Assembly (NCBI GenBank): GCA_028534125.1
Contig: CM052816.1
Location: 81,594,001-81,658,000, forward strand
Direction of reading: 5' to 3'
Origin: Lama glama
Taxonomy: Eukaryota
DNA: 64,000 bases
Both the position numbers and the translations under genes were made by a program. The notes under the pieces were generated by a model, which saw only the letters and a list, made by a program, of their open reading frames with translations, did not search any database and had not been told where the DNA came from. This document shows positions 12,621 to 24,567 of this stretch, in pieces (the stretch's first letter is position 1; each line of letters starts with the position of its first letter).

Positions 12621-13867
12621 CTAAAAGCCAGCACATGGCAGGGTCAGGGACGGGCTCACTTATCCTGCTGTGGAAAATCTCAGTGGTCTTTTGTGTTAAC
12701 CGTTTTGCTCGGGCCTCTATCTGGTCCAGAGGCTTAAGTAAAGTTTACTATAAAGAACATTGAGGGAGTAGCCCCTCCTTCGATTGACCCCCGTGCCTTC
12801 TTCCTCCACATCAAGAACTGCTTGGAGACCACCTGGTGCTGCTCTTCTCTCAACCCCACTCCGCACACCCTACTTCTTGCTTCCGCGAGTGGAGTTAGGA
12901 ACCGGAAACCAAGGGGCCTCACAGATGCAGAATGATCATCCTCTGGTCAGGTTCTCCCTTGGAAGTTACCCGTGCCCCCATCCCAAATTCATAATCATGG
13001 TTAGAAAGTATCTCACCATTTTAAGCTTAATTCACTCACTCAAAACTTAGTAAGCCTTTGTTTTTTCTAAAACCCAAACCACAAACCCAGACAACTGTTA
13101 TTCTATATTAAAAAAAAATCCCGCTGAGAAACTGCAGGAGCTTCAGTTCTAATCCCTCACATTTGGAAAATAAAATACTTTCCCACAAGCCACACTTTCC
13201 CTCTCTGGCACGCAGCGGCTCAAAAACCTCAACTGCTTTTTCCTGCTCCTCACCCGCCATGTACATGTGTGTAAGCAGGGGGCACTATTTATAACACAAA
13301 CAAGAGAGTGAATGAATGAAGTGCTAAAGCTCTGCTACAGCCTAGCTCCTGGCTATTCTTCCTGGAATGTACATTTCTCAAATGACACAGATAGTCTCAC
13401 ATAAATTTTTTAAAAAGTCATTTCATGTTTAATATGAGAAAAGAGACACCGGAAAATAGTTTTTACCCTTAATTAGTATAGTTTACATTCAAAGGTAGAA
13501 AAGAGATGTCTGCTAATAATATTTTGGTATTTCTGGCAGCTTAGAACAATTATATTTGCAGTTTTACAAAATTATGTGTCAGCCACTTTGGCCTCCCAGA
13601 CTCTGATTCATTAAAAAGATGATGTTGGCTTGGCAAGGTTATTACCCTTACCGAAACCATCATGGAGATGCCCAGACACAGCCCATGGGTTTTCAACCCG
13701 CGATACATAGGTTCATGTGTAGACTCATAAGGAAACTCCTCCCCTGAGCTCCAGTCTCCAGCAGCACCTCATTTCATCTTTCCTTTGGGAACCAAGGGGA
13801 ACCAGAGGCCCGCACGCTTCACTGTTCTCTTGAAGAGTTTCAGGGGTCCCACCGCACTTTCCAGACC

Positions 13868-14068
13868 TCTGTTGTCCAATATGGCAGCCACGAGCCACCT
13901 GTGGCTATCTATATTTAAGTTAAGATGAATTCAAATAGAAAATGCACTCCTCAGTCCCACTGGCCACGTTTCATGTGCCTTATAGACACAGGTGGCTGCC
14001 CTATTGGGCAACACAGGTGTAACACATTTCCATCACTGCAGAGAGATTTCTTGTATAGATCTATTCTA
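13868..14068. mobile_element. MER3-like hAT-Charlie MITE
   Basis: ctgttgtccaatatggcagccacgagccacctgtggcta hallmark. Confidence 0.75.
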
Positions 14069-15644
14069 GACAATACTCAGGGCAAGGAGAGAGAAAAGGA
14101 AACAAAAAAAAAGAAAAGAAAAGGTGAATCCTGGGAGGAAAAGAAAAGGCAGAAAATAAGAAGAGAAGACAAGAGAAAGAACACTCTGAAGAGGAAAAAA
14201 AAGAGTTTCTTTTAAAAAAATCTTCACTAGCCTGGGCTTCCTGGTTCCTGGGAGCCTGGTTAGAAGTAGGTATTTCTGGGCTATAAACAGTGTTAGATTC
14301 CCTCAGCAGGTCGGTTAGGAAATCACCTCAACGCCGGGCATCCTCGGCCATGGCGGCAGCAAGCCCTCTCTCATCTTGGCACTAACTGAACTAACTCAAA
14401 CAGTCTGACAGCGCGGCTCTCCTACGACTTCCTGATCTCCCCTCGACTCTGCTGCTCCCAATGGGTCTTTCTGGGCAGGCCACAGACCTGCCTCCAGACA
14501 CGGGTCTGGAGGAGCTTTAACCAGACCCCGTGCAAGTTCTTTGCTCTGCTTTTTCTCCGAGCTCCAACTCTCGAGTTGCCCTTGCGTGGATTCAACACGA
14601 GTTATCTCCAACAGCAACTGCCTCTGAAACGTGGGCACTTTTAAACCGTGTTGGTCGGGTCAAACGTCCTCCACAGTGATTCTGGCATCTCATGTTGAGA
14701 AAAATACTCAACCGCTTTGAGACTCAGCTCTTATCTGTAGAAGGTGACACACCAAAAGCAAGGGCCCAATCCAGAGGCCCAAACCAGGTCTTTCAGAACT
14801 CAAGAGTCTCCAAGCACCTACAGGTGTCCCTGTTGCCACACCCTCCTCCCCATCCCTGCTTCATTGTGGGCCTGGGGACAAGATGCCAGTGACTCTTCTT
14901 GAGCCCTCTGGCTGATGGCACCAGAACTCGAAGAACACTCCTCGAGTTCCCCAGACACTGAGCCTGCCTCCAACTTGGCCCTGAGACGTCCACCTGGCTG
15001 CAACGGGGCTGAGGGTGATGTCACTGAGGAGCTCCTGGGCAGGGTGATGGAGCCCCAAGCTCTGCTGGGGACAAACATGCACATCACCCCTACCTCACCC
15101 GTCGTCTCTGCAGCCTCCCTGACCTGGGCTGGCCGAGTCATCACTGTGTAACAGGGAGGACCCCAGGCACGGCACGCACATGCACACACACTCCCTCCCT
15201 CTCTTGCACGTCCCCACACCCACCCGCCACCGGCTATGCTGACACGTGACACACCCACTAAACGAGATGGTGGTTCACCACAGACCGTGAGGCGCCGTTG
15301 TCTCCTGGCAGTTGAGAGCCGCTCTCGTTTCCAAAACACACAGTAGGAAGAGGATCAAGATTTTGAACTCCAACAAGGGATTTTTTTCCTTCTCTACTAT
15401 TTTCACATCTTAGGCTGCCTTCCTTTTAGCCTCCCCAGCTAGACCTCACTGACAGTACTCTAGCTCTACACCCAAATGCCCCTGGCCCCCGCAGAAGGGA
15501 AGTTCTTCAGGGCACCGAAGCTCCTGCTGGTCTCTGAAAAAATCAAAGAAAACCTAGGGACCCAGGGCTGGAAACATGCTCTTCGTCCCTAACCAAGTAA
15601 CTGAGCCTGGAAAAAAAAGCAGGGAGCCCCACGGCCCTGCCTAC

Positions 15645-15790
15645 CTGTGCTGTGCTCGTGGAGTCCAGCAGCTGGGGAAGGGAGTGCTTCCGGCCGTCTC
15701 GGGACACCTCCAGCATCCTGGCCCGGGGGTCCCCGTTCCGCACCATCAGCTCATTGTATTCTTCAACAGACTCTAGACGGTGTACACCCC
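15645..15790 (-). CDS. PDZD2: PDZD2 coding exon (~exon 8, 146 bp): GVHRLESVEEYNELMVRNGDPRARMLEVSRDGRKHSLPQLLDSTSTAQ
   Basis: Acceptor gtttcaag|GG, donor CAG|gtaggc. Confidence 0.96.
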
Positions 15791-16204
15791 CTTGAAACAA
15801 CAGAGGGAAAACATGACTGGATACAGAATGGAAAGAATCTAAAGAGCATACACAGGTGTCATCTCAGTGCCTTTACACCCACATTCACGGTCTCTCAGAA
15901 GGCCCGGTGTCCAGTGCTTTCACAGCACCCAGCTCACTGCGGTCTACCATCCAGCTCTGCATAAGCTAGATGTGTGTTGAGGCCATAGTGCCAGACTACG
16001 AAGAAAGCGCTCATTTTTGAAGTGACCAGCTTGGATAAAGGGCAATGTTTATGTTTCATCCAAGTAAGATGGAGCTGTGGTTGATAAGGTAGTAAACAAC
16101 AGTGCGAATGCGTTCAGCAGATGCCTTTCTAGTGATGGAGGACTGTCACTCTGTGGGTGGTACTGTTCCATTGTTGGGGCAGCTGCTTTTTTTCATGTGT
16201 AGTA

Positions 16205-17360
16205 ATGACTTTTTCAGTACACTTTTAAAGTATAACAACTTACAGAAATGTGCACAAATCATTAAGGGTCCATTCAGTTCCATGAAATTCCACCAAGTGA
16301 ACATGCCAATAACCAACATCCAGACTAAGAAACAGAATCGCACCAGGTCCCCAAATCCCCTTTTATGCCATTAACCACCCCCCTACCCAAGGTTAACCAT
16401 TACCTGACATCACTGATTACTTTTGCCTATTTTCAAACAAGTGAACGCACGCAGTAAGTTCGTTCTTTGTATCTGGCTCCTTGTTCTTAGTTTTGTGAGT
16501 GAAATTCTGCCATGCTATTGCAAGCCCGTAGTTTGTTCATGCCATTTCTGCATACTATTTTATTGTGTAAACACATAACAACTTATTTATACATTCTATG
16601 CCTGAGGGACAACTGATTTGTTTCCAACTTTAGATCTAGAATAAGGGTCTGCAAACGTTTTTCTGTAAAGGCCAGATAGTAAATGTTTTAGGCTTCTATG
16701 GGTTACAAATGTCTCAGCCACACATTCTTCAAACAATTTTTTTATAATGCACTAGAAAGGTAGAAAGCCTTTCTATCTATGGGCCATACAAATACAGCTG
16801 TGGGCAGTGGTTTGCTGACCCCTGATCTATACTGTCATTGGACATCCTGTGCATGTCGTATCTACTGCATGTACCTAGGAGGGGAGGGGCTGGGTTCCAG
16901 GTATGTGTTCACCATCACCACGTGGTATCACCAGGGTGCGTGAGTGCTAGTCTTATTGCTTCCTTGTTATGCTTGGCAGTATCAGTCTTTTTAATTATAG
17001 CCATTCTGGCGGATATATATTGGTATTTCACTGTGTCTCACTGATGACTAATGAGATTGAGCTTCTTCTCAAATATTCAGGGCTGTTTTTCTTTTGTAAA
17101 GTTGCAAAGAGGCTGTTCAAGCCTTTTGCTCATTTCCTTTACTGGGTTCTCTCTGTTAATTTACAGTTTTTTTAAAAATTGTTAATATATTTTGGATGTG
17201 AGTCCTTCATGGCATCTATGTACTGCAAATATCTTCTTCATGTCTGTGACTTGACTTCTCACTCTCTCAGTGATATCTTTTGATGAACAGAAGCTCATAA
17301 TTCTAATGTGGAATATATCACACTCTCCCTTTACAGTTAGTACTCTTGTGTCTTAAACTA
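16205..17360 (-). mobile_element. Old L1 (L1MD/ME-like) 3' fragment, interrupted by a MER58-like element
   Basis: Degenerate antisense L1 motifs (tttaattatagccattctgg; ctgatgactaatgagattgagc; gcaaatatcttc). Confidence 0.7.
16643..16824. mobile_element. MER58-like hAT-Charlie MITE
   Basis: agggtctgcaaacgtttttctgtaaaggccagatagtaaatgttttaggc...tttgctgacccctg. Confidence 0.75.
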
Positions 17361-17450
17361 TTACAGTAAAGATTTTTAAAGGGATCTTCATCAATACCTA
17401 GTTTTTGATACACTATTTTAAAATTAAATAATTTGAGGGAATTTAATCTT

Positions 17451-17702
17451 TTAAAATTTATTTATTTTTTGTTGACATATAGCTGATATATCATATAAAT
17501 TACAGCTGTACAATATAGTGATTCACAATTTTTAGGTCTTTTTTTCCCTTTCTTCTTTTTGTTCTCTTCTCTTGTGATGTGATGACTATCTTTAGCATTA
17601 TGTTTGGATTCCTTTCTCTTTTTTGTGTGTGTACATCTATTGTCGACTTTTGGTTTGTGGTTACCATGAGGTTTTGGTATAGCAATCTATATACATGTAT
17701 GA

Positions 17703-17735
<33 letters not shown>

Positions 17736-18788
17736 ATTGTTTTAAGTTGCTGATCTCTTAATTTCAAATGCATTTTAGACACCCTGCATTTGTATTCTCC
17801 CCTCACGCTTACTGGTTTTGATAACATATTTTACATCTAATTATTTTGTGTATCCTTTAACTGCTTATTGTGGGTACAGATGATTTTACTATTGCAGTTA
17901 AGCTCTGCTGGCCTTTAAAACCAAATGCTCTTGGGGTTCTTTCTCCTAATGCTGGAACCTCGGGCTGGGCAGCCGGACGCGGGGCTCAGAACTCTCACGC
18001 CTCTGCCACTTAATTATTCTCCAGTGTGTGGGTTGCCTATCCAAGGGGTGTGAGGCTCTATTATATCACAAGCACACCCCTCCTACCATCTCGCTGTAGT
18101 TCCCTCTTTAGGTTTCCAGTTGAAGGTCTTTTTTGGTAGGTTCCAGTCTTTCTTTATCGATGGTTGTTTAGCAGTCAGTTGTGTGATTCACAATTTTTAA
18201 AGTTTACTCCATTTATAGTTATTATGAAATATTTGCTGTATTACCCGTGTTGTATAATATATCCTTGTAGCTTACTTACACCTAATAGTTTGTACCCCTT
18301 AATCCCTTAACTCCTATATTCTTTATCAGTTCATCTGTTGATGGACACTTAGGTTGCTTCCATATCTTGGCAATTGTAAATAATGTTGCTAAGAACTTTG
18401 GGGTGCATTTATCCTTTTGAATTAGAGTTTTTGGGGTTTTTTTTTTCAGATGTATACCTAGGAGTGGGAGAGTGGAATTGCTGGGTCATGTCGTAATCCT
18501 ATTTTTAATTTTTTTTTTTAATCTGAAAGTATTTTATTCCATTTTCACAAAATACTCTCATTGGGCATAGGATTCTAGATCATTCATTTTTTAGCCCTTT
18601 AAAATGTTATATATTGCCTTCTTGCTTACATTTTTCTGAAAAGAAGTCAGCAAACCTTCATTTTGTTACCATCCTGTATATAATTTCTCCTCTAGTTGCC
18701 CTATTTTTAATTTTTTGAGAAACCTCCATACTGTTTTCTACAGTGGTGGCACCAATTTACATTTCCACCAATAGTGTACGAGGGTTTA
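17451..18788 (-). mobile_element. 5'-truncated L1 3' end (L1MA-like) carrying two nested insertions
   Basis: Typical L1 3' UTR/ORF2-end sequence (gatggacacttaggttgcttccatatcttgg; gagaaacctccatactgttttc); T-rich tail at left; TSD aggga(a/c)tttaatctt at 17436-17450 and 18789-18803. Confidence 0.85.
17705..17732. repeat. (CA)n microsatellite
   Basis: About 14 perfect AC units. Confidence 0.95.
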
Positions 18789-20554
18789 AGGGACTTTAAT
18801 CTTAAATGATGGATCAATTACATTGAACATAACTATAATCACATTACAACGTTTACATTATACACCATATATGTGTATATGCACGTATATATACACGTTT
18901 GTGTATAAAGCTACATATAGATTCTTTGAACTGTCAAAATATCCTAGACTATGTAATGTTTCATTTGATGACCTAAAATTTCAATTTATCTAAAAATTTC
19001 TCAGGCAGTTTTTCATGGAATAAAACAAGATGATTTTGTACTCTTTTAAAAACGATCTATTGATGAGCTTTTAATAATGATGGAAAGTTAGAGTAGCGCT
19101 GATACAGTTATATTACAAGGGACATCACTAAAGGTTTGGTTTCTCAAAAATTACTTATATTTGTGATACAAATTGCAGGTTTTCAAACACTTGAAATTCC
19201 TTTGCAATCAAAGAAAAACTTTCATTTAAAAAGATCACAAACCTAAAGCATTAACATGGATAAATCAAAAATACCAAAATTAAAAGGGAAACTTGCTGGC
19301 AAAATAGGAGATATGAAGTAAAGAAAACTGGTTAGAATGTTAGGAAAAATGTTCCATGAAATCACTTTAGTCATTTTGGGGCCAGACTGGGCAAAACCTG
19401 AGTGGAAATGGCTGGAACCTCTTTACAGAACCTCCTTAATAATTCATGACTTAATAATTCACAACCAGTTGATCTATCTTGGCATGCTTACTCATCTGAA
19501 AAAGATTTATTAGAAGAAAATTCCTTTTGAGCTGACAGGGAAGCACTTGCCATCAACAGAAGAGAAACCACATACAGTAGTGTCTGTAGATAATATGCTG
19601 ATATGTGAATACCAGAGTGACTCACTTTAAGAAAATATGAAATAGATACCCAAGTTTACAGGACAGAGAAATTAGGAGCTGATCACATTAAAATCTCCTA
19701 TATTCAAATGTCTTTAGACTGAACATATTTCACAGCACTGAATGAAGAACCAATTCCTTAAGCCTGTTTAACGTGCCTCCAAATTACTTTTCCAGTCTTA
19801 TCTCCCACTACTCTGCTGCATGAATTCATTGCTTTAGCCTGCTGATTCTCAAAGGAGAGGTTCTGTCCTCCATCAGCATCCTTTCCAAAACTGGGGAGCA
19901 TATAAATATCTCTTGACGTTTTACCCAACTTCGCCCGCACCATCACCTCCCATGCCAAGTCTCCTTCCCCCTAATCTCTCTGCTGGGTTGAATCATTGCT
20001 ACTATTAGATTACTGGATCTTTCAAATAGACGAGGAGGAAAAACAGTTGCCAAAAACTTCTCTAACCAATTCTTTTCCCATTGTCCCTAAATCTTTCTCA
20101 TGCATTTTATCCCAAGTCTAGACCACTGTTTTCCGCCTCAGGTGTTCCACCAAGTCCTGTCAACATACTGGCCTTCCTTTACCCTGCATCCTCTGGATGG
20201 CTTTCCCCAGCACCATGACCCAGAGAGACTTCCAAACTCTTTAAGAAACTCTGTACCTCTTAAGCATGTCTTATTATCACGTACAAGTTCTTGAGAATCT
20301 TCCTATCTGAACCCATTCAAACATCTTCCCCTCTTGAGAGGGAAAGAGAACAATGATAATGAAAATGGAAATGACAATGATAAGCGTGCTATTAACGATG
20401 ACAGCGGTAACGACGGTGGCAGCCACTACGTCGTGAGGGCCCCTTGCTGCCACATTTTGGAATGGTTGCGCCATGTGCATTCTCTCAACTGGATCTTTCA
20501 ACAAGTGCCGGCACTTAGAAGGCACCCACATTGATTTGCAGAATAAAGTTACAT

Positions 20555-20690
20555 TATAAGCCTCATCTTACAGATGAAAAAAACAGAGACCCAGAGAAGT
20601 CAAGTCACATGTCCCAGGTCACACAACCAGTAGTGGCAGAGTTAGGAATTGAACACGGTTCTTCCTGACTTCATGCATGTGCTTCTTCTG
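20555..20690 (-). mobile_element. MIR SINE (other MIR-like pieces near 5.9-6.1, 11.3-11.5, 47.8-48.0, 49.0-49.1, 54.9-55.1 and 59.0-59.1 kb)
   Basis: Core motif catcttacagatgaaaaaaacagagacccagagaagtcaagtcacatgtcccaggtcacac. Confidence 0.7.
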
Positions 20691-22628
20691 ATGTATGTCC
20701 TTGTTATGGCATTGGATATCTGGGAAAAATACAGGAATAGAGGGTGGCATCCATTTGTGGCAAAGAGTAGTCAGTTCTGGATTTACTACCGAGCTGAATG
20801 TCCTGCATGTTCAAAACTAATAGTATGAACACAGAGAATCATGGACCTGGGAAGTTGTCAGTAATGTCCCCCTCCCCACGTCTATATCTGTAAAGCCCCA
20901 CACTGGGGAATGGGATTCCCTCTAAGATCCACAGGAAACTAAGGGGTAGGCAGGAAGAATTCTGCTTGGAAGGCAGTTCTTTTTGCTGACTGAATGAGTG
21001 ACCTTTGGGATCCCCTTAACTTCTCTGTTCTCACTCATAATATGAGGAATGTGATACCACTGGTTTCAAAGGTCCCTGTACTTCCCCAGAGCTCTATGAC
21101 CCTCCCCTGGGAACAGTCTATAAGGTGCCAATCAGACAGCTGACCTAAAGATCTCCTCCCCTCCCTCCTCCCCCCCCCCGCGACCCCACCCCAAACACAC
21201 ACAGGGTTTAGATGCATTTCTCTTAGTCGTGCCTCCGGGCTAAAGGGGAGTTGGTCATTATCTCCATGGGAGGACCATTAGCATGAGCCCCCCTGCAAGA
21301 CTTAAGTAGCTTCTGATTGTCACGTTGCTTTTCGTGGCAAACACACATCCTAACACTCAGACACTACCTAATTAGTCTGAGTTACGAATACAAAGCCGTT
21401 CATTTTGTTACCCAGGGTTTTTTGTTTTTGTCTTTGTTTTTGTTTTTTAAAGTGGATGTATGCTATGGTCCTAAACTTGCCACCTTACCTGAGAATAGCA
21501 GAGGGGCAGGCAATGTGGGCGGGGGTGCTCTTGGCTGGCAGCCACAGACATCACCCCTCCAATGATTTGGGCGGCAGGAAGATACAACTGACATTTTGGG
21601 GGGTGGTAACACCATGCTTTGCACTAGGTGCTTTTCCATGTGTTTTTTGTTTGTTTTAATCTGCTCAGCCTTTCAAAGTCAGGACTGTCATAGCTCCTTT
21701 TTTAGGTGAGGGAGTAGAAGTTTAGGAAGGTTAAATAACCAGCCCAAGGGCTGAAGAGTAAACTGGATTCTGCTTTTCCTGCTAGGCCAGAGGTCTTTCC
21801 TGGGTGGGAACCAGGGCTGATGTCTCCATGAGACCAGCAGACACAGTGCTGAGGGCCCCTGCCACTTTTCAGGGCCCACAGAAATACTTAAATTTTTTTT
21901 TAATTCAGAAGAAAAAAATGAACATAATAGTAATGAATAGATCATAATTAATCCAGCTTGTATCTTTATAGCAATGCAACTATAAAATATAATTTTTAGT
22001 TTTCTTTTTTTCCTTTTTCCCAGTCGAAAGAGCCTGTCTAGGAAAAAGTGCCTCAGACCCATGAAAGTCACAATGGGTCCCCACACACAGCCTCCGACTC
22101 TCTCAGGGCGAAGGCCAGCTGCTCTGAGGATACACCCAGGAAATGTCAAATCTATTTATTGCAAAAGATAAACTCCACCCCAATTCCATCTCATTTCCCC
22201 TCCTGTTTAGTTGAGATGCAGATGTGATGTTAAATAAATAGCTATTTGCCCCATGTTCTGATGGACCACCAAGGGTTTAGGGGAGAGGTATGCTTGCTGG
22301 GACGACAGGCCGCCAGGAATATCTTACCATGAAAGGGTCACCTTAAGTCCTGTTGAAGTAAATGAATCAAACACAACAGGAGATTTAAGTTTAAGCAGAG
22401 ACAAACAGAGATGTTGACATCACTTCTTTATGACTCAGATGAAAATACTCATGTGGGCAGCCAGGCTGAAGGCAGTTGTTATGCCCGGGGCATGTACCAT
22501 CAAAAGAGAGAACAATTTTGAGGTTTTAAGAAAAAAAAAAAGAGCTCATCCTGCTAATGACTTAATCTTCCCAATCCTGAGGCTGGATGCTCATTTTCAG
22601 GCAGGAGTATTAGGCAGAGTCCACTTAC

Positions 22629-22740
22629 CTGAAAGACGACTCTTGAGCTTCATTTTACTGCTGCCCTGCTTGGGACTTTCCAAGTTCCCCTTGGATTCCT
22701 CGGGGCCACATGCATCCTGGGGCTCCTCCGTCCCAGGCAT
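22629..22740 (-). CDS. PDZD2: PDZD2 coding exon (~exon 7, 112 bp): MPGTEEPQDACGPEESKGNLESPKQGSSKMKLKSRLS(G)
   Basis: Acceptor catttcag|ATG, donor CAG|gtaagt; in frame with neighbouring exons. Confidence 0.96.
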
Positions 22741-23244
22741 CTGAAATGCAGAGAGAGCCCAGAGCTGATGGGAGAGGCTGGCTGTGATCACTGATGCCAT
22801 CCTCAAGGCTCAAGGTACAGCAGTATAAGTGTCACATGAGAAAAAAGGCTCATCGGATCAAAGCACAGCCCTTCAGATAACCTGGAACCACACAGCCTCA
22901 TGTTGACAAGTTCCTCCTCAGCACCCATCTGACCAGCATCTCACCATGCAGCACAGGACCAGGGAGGTTTCAAACTGCAAAGGGCCCCAGGGGCTGTTTT
23001 GTCTCTTGAGAGAGCAAGTGGGTCAAGGTCACCCAGGTGGTCACAAAGCCACAGCTAGAGTTCAGTGCTTTTCCCTACAGTGCAAGCTGCAGCAATATTA
23101 TAACCAGAAATCTAAATTCAAATCTAAGATTCTTAAAATACAGTAAAGCTTTGATTTTTAACTACAACCAAATAACTACATGAGCTACATGTAACCGAAT
23201 AACCACAATCCTGGGTCAACTAGATACTCCATGTGTTATGCTCC

Positions 23245-24567
23245 TGTTAAAAAGAAACAGCAAGTCCAAAATGGAGTCACTTGTGCTAAGCTCCACTAAG
23301 ACTTAATACCTAAAGGAAGTGCAGTTTCAGACTCTCCTAGGAGTAGAATTTTAAACCGGTCGATTTGGAATCTCCTTGTCAGTGAGGTAATATGCCTCAA
23401 ATCCCCTGTTTGTCTCTAAGGGACAGTAACCTTGTCTGAAATAATCTGATATCAAGCAAGACCCTGTGGGGTCCTCCCTGTTATGAATCTTTCTGGGTCT
23501 CCCATTTCTGGTTTGTAGGAAATAGACTTCATTCAGTCTCCTGGAGCTCCCCTGCATTCCAAAGGACAGATTCAGACAGTTGCTAATCAGGGAAAGGAGG
23601 GAATGGGAGGAGCAATCAAGAAACAATAGTGCAGCCTTGGGGCAGGGTCCCGGTTGTTTCTCAAGGAATATATACAACTATATCCTCAGTTCCTCCGCAA
23701 GAACTAAGGTCCCCCAACCCCTCCCTGCCTCTTGTTTATGGAAAAGCTGAAATCTCCCAGGCCTTAGATGGCTTTTTTCTGGGAGACACTGCGTCCACTA
23801 GATTGCGGTATTCTGATTAAAAGCAGCTTTCCTTTTTGTTATCAAGACTGTTGCCCCCAGGATCATACCCCTGCCCCTCCCTCAAATAGAAACCAATTTC
23901 TCTTATCTAAGTCTCAGGGGGCAGCTGCAAAGAGAAGAAACAAGAACTGATTAGAACCTGCGAGAACCCCAAGATGGTGGAGGATTTGACTTCCAGTGGA
24001 CCCTAAGCCTCATTATACAGTCATTGTAATATATTAGCATGCTAAGTGACACACCCACCAGCACCCTGACAGCTGATTGCCATGACAACAGTCAGAAAAG
24101 TCCATATAAGGACGGAAAAGAAAGGCAATTGGCTCCAACACACCTGGAATGATATGATGCTGGAAGCTTGCCATAGAAGTCCACATGACCTGCCCAGGGC
24201 TGGAGCTGCCTCTACCAACCATCTTGGCTGACAGCTCCCCCTCAAGCTCCTTTCTTTCCTTTTCCTCTTCTGAGCAATAAAAAAACCATGCCCTTTGTCC
24301 CTCTGCCTCTGCTGCAAATTCCTTCACAGCCAGTGGCAAGGACTCACACTTTTATGGGCTCCCTAATTTAGGGGTCTCTCTACCTGCGAACAGATCTATT
24401 CTTGTAACTTCCTTGTCCCACCCTCTTTCTTCCTATAAAACCTTCCATTTTGTACAACTCCTTGGAGTGCCTTTCTACTTTCTAGACAAGATGCTGCCTA
24501 ATGCTTGAATCCCTGAATAAAGCCAATTAGATCTTCAAATTTACTCAGTTGAATTTTGTTTTTAACA
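23245..24567 (+). mobile_element. ERV1-class solo LTR (MER34/MER39-like) interrupted by a second LTR
   Basis: Terminal inverted repeat TGTTAAAAA...TTTTTAACA; near-TSD ctcc/cacc; tataaa and aataaa in the 3' part; about 390 bp once the inner element is removed. Confidence 0.8.
23479..24409 (+). mobile_element. MER41-like ERV1 LTR nested in the older LTR
   Basis: TGTTA...TAAC(t) ends; near-TSD tccc/tcct; MER41-like segment acacccaccagcac...gccatgacaac; aataaa near 24276. Confidence 0.7.

Noticed and set aside
14083..14215. Lys/Glu/Arg-rich ORF tail
   Set aside because: Purine-rich low-complexity DNA next to a MER3-like element.
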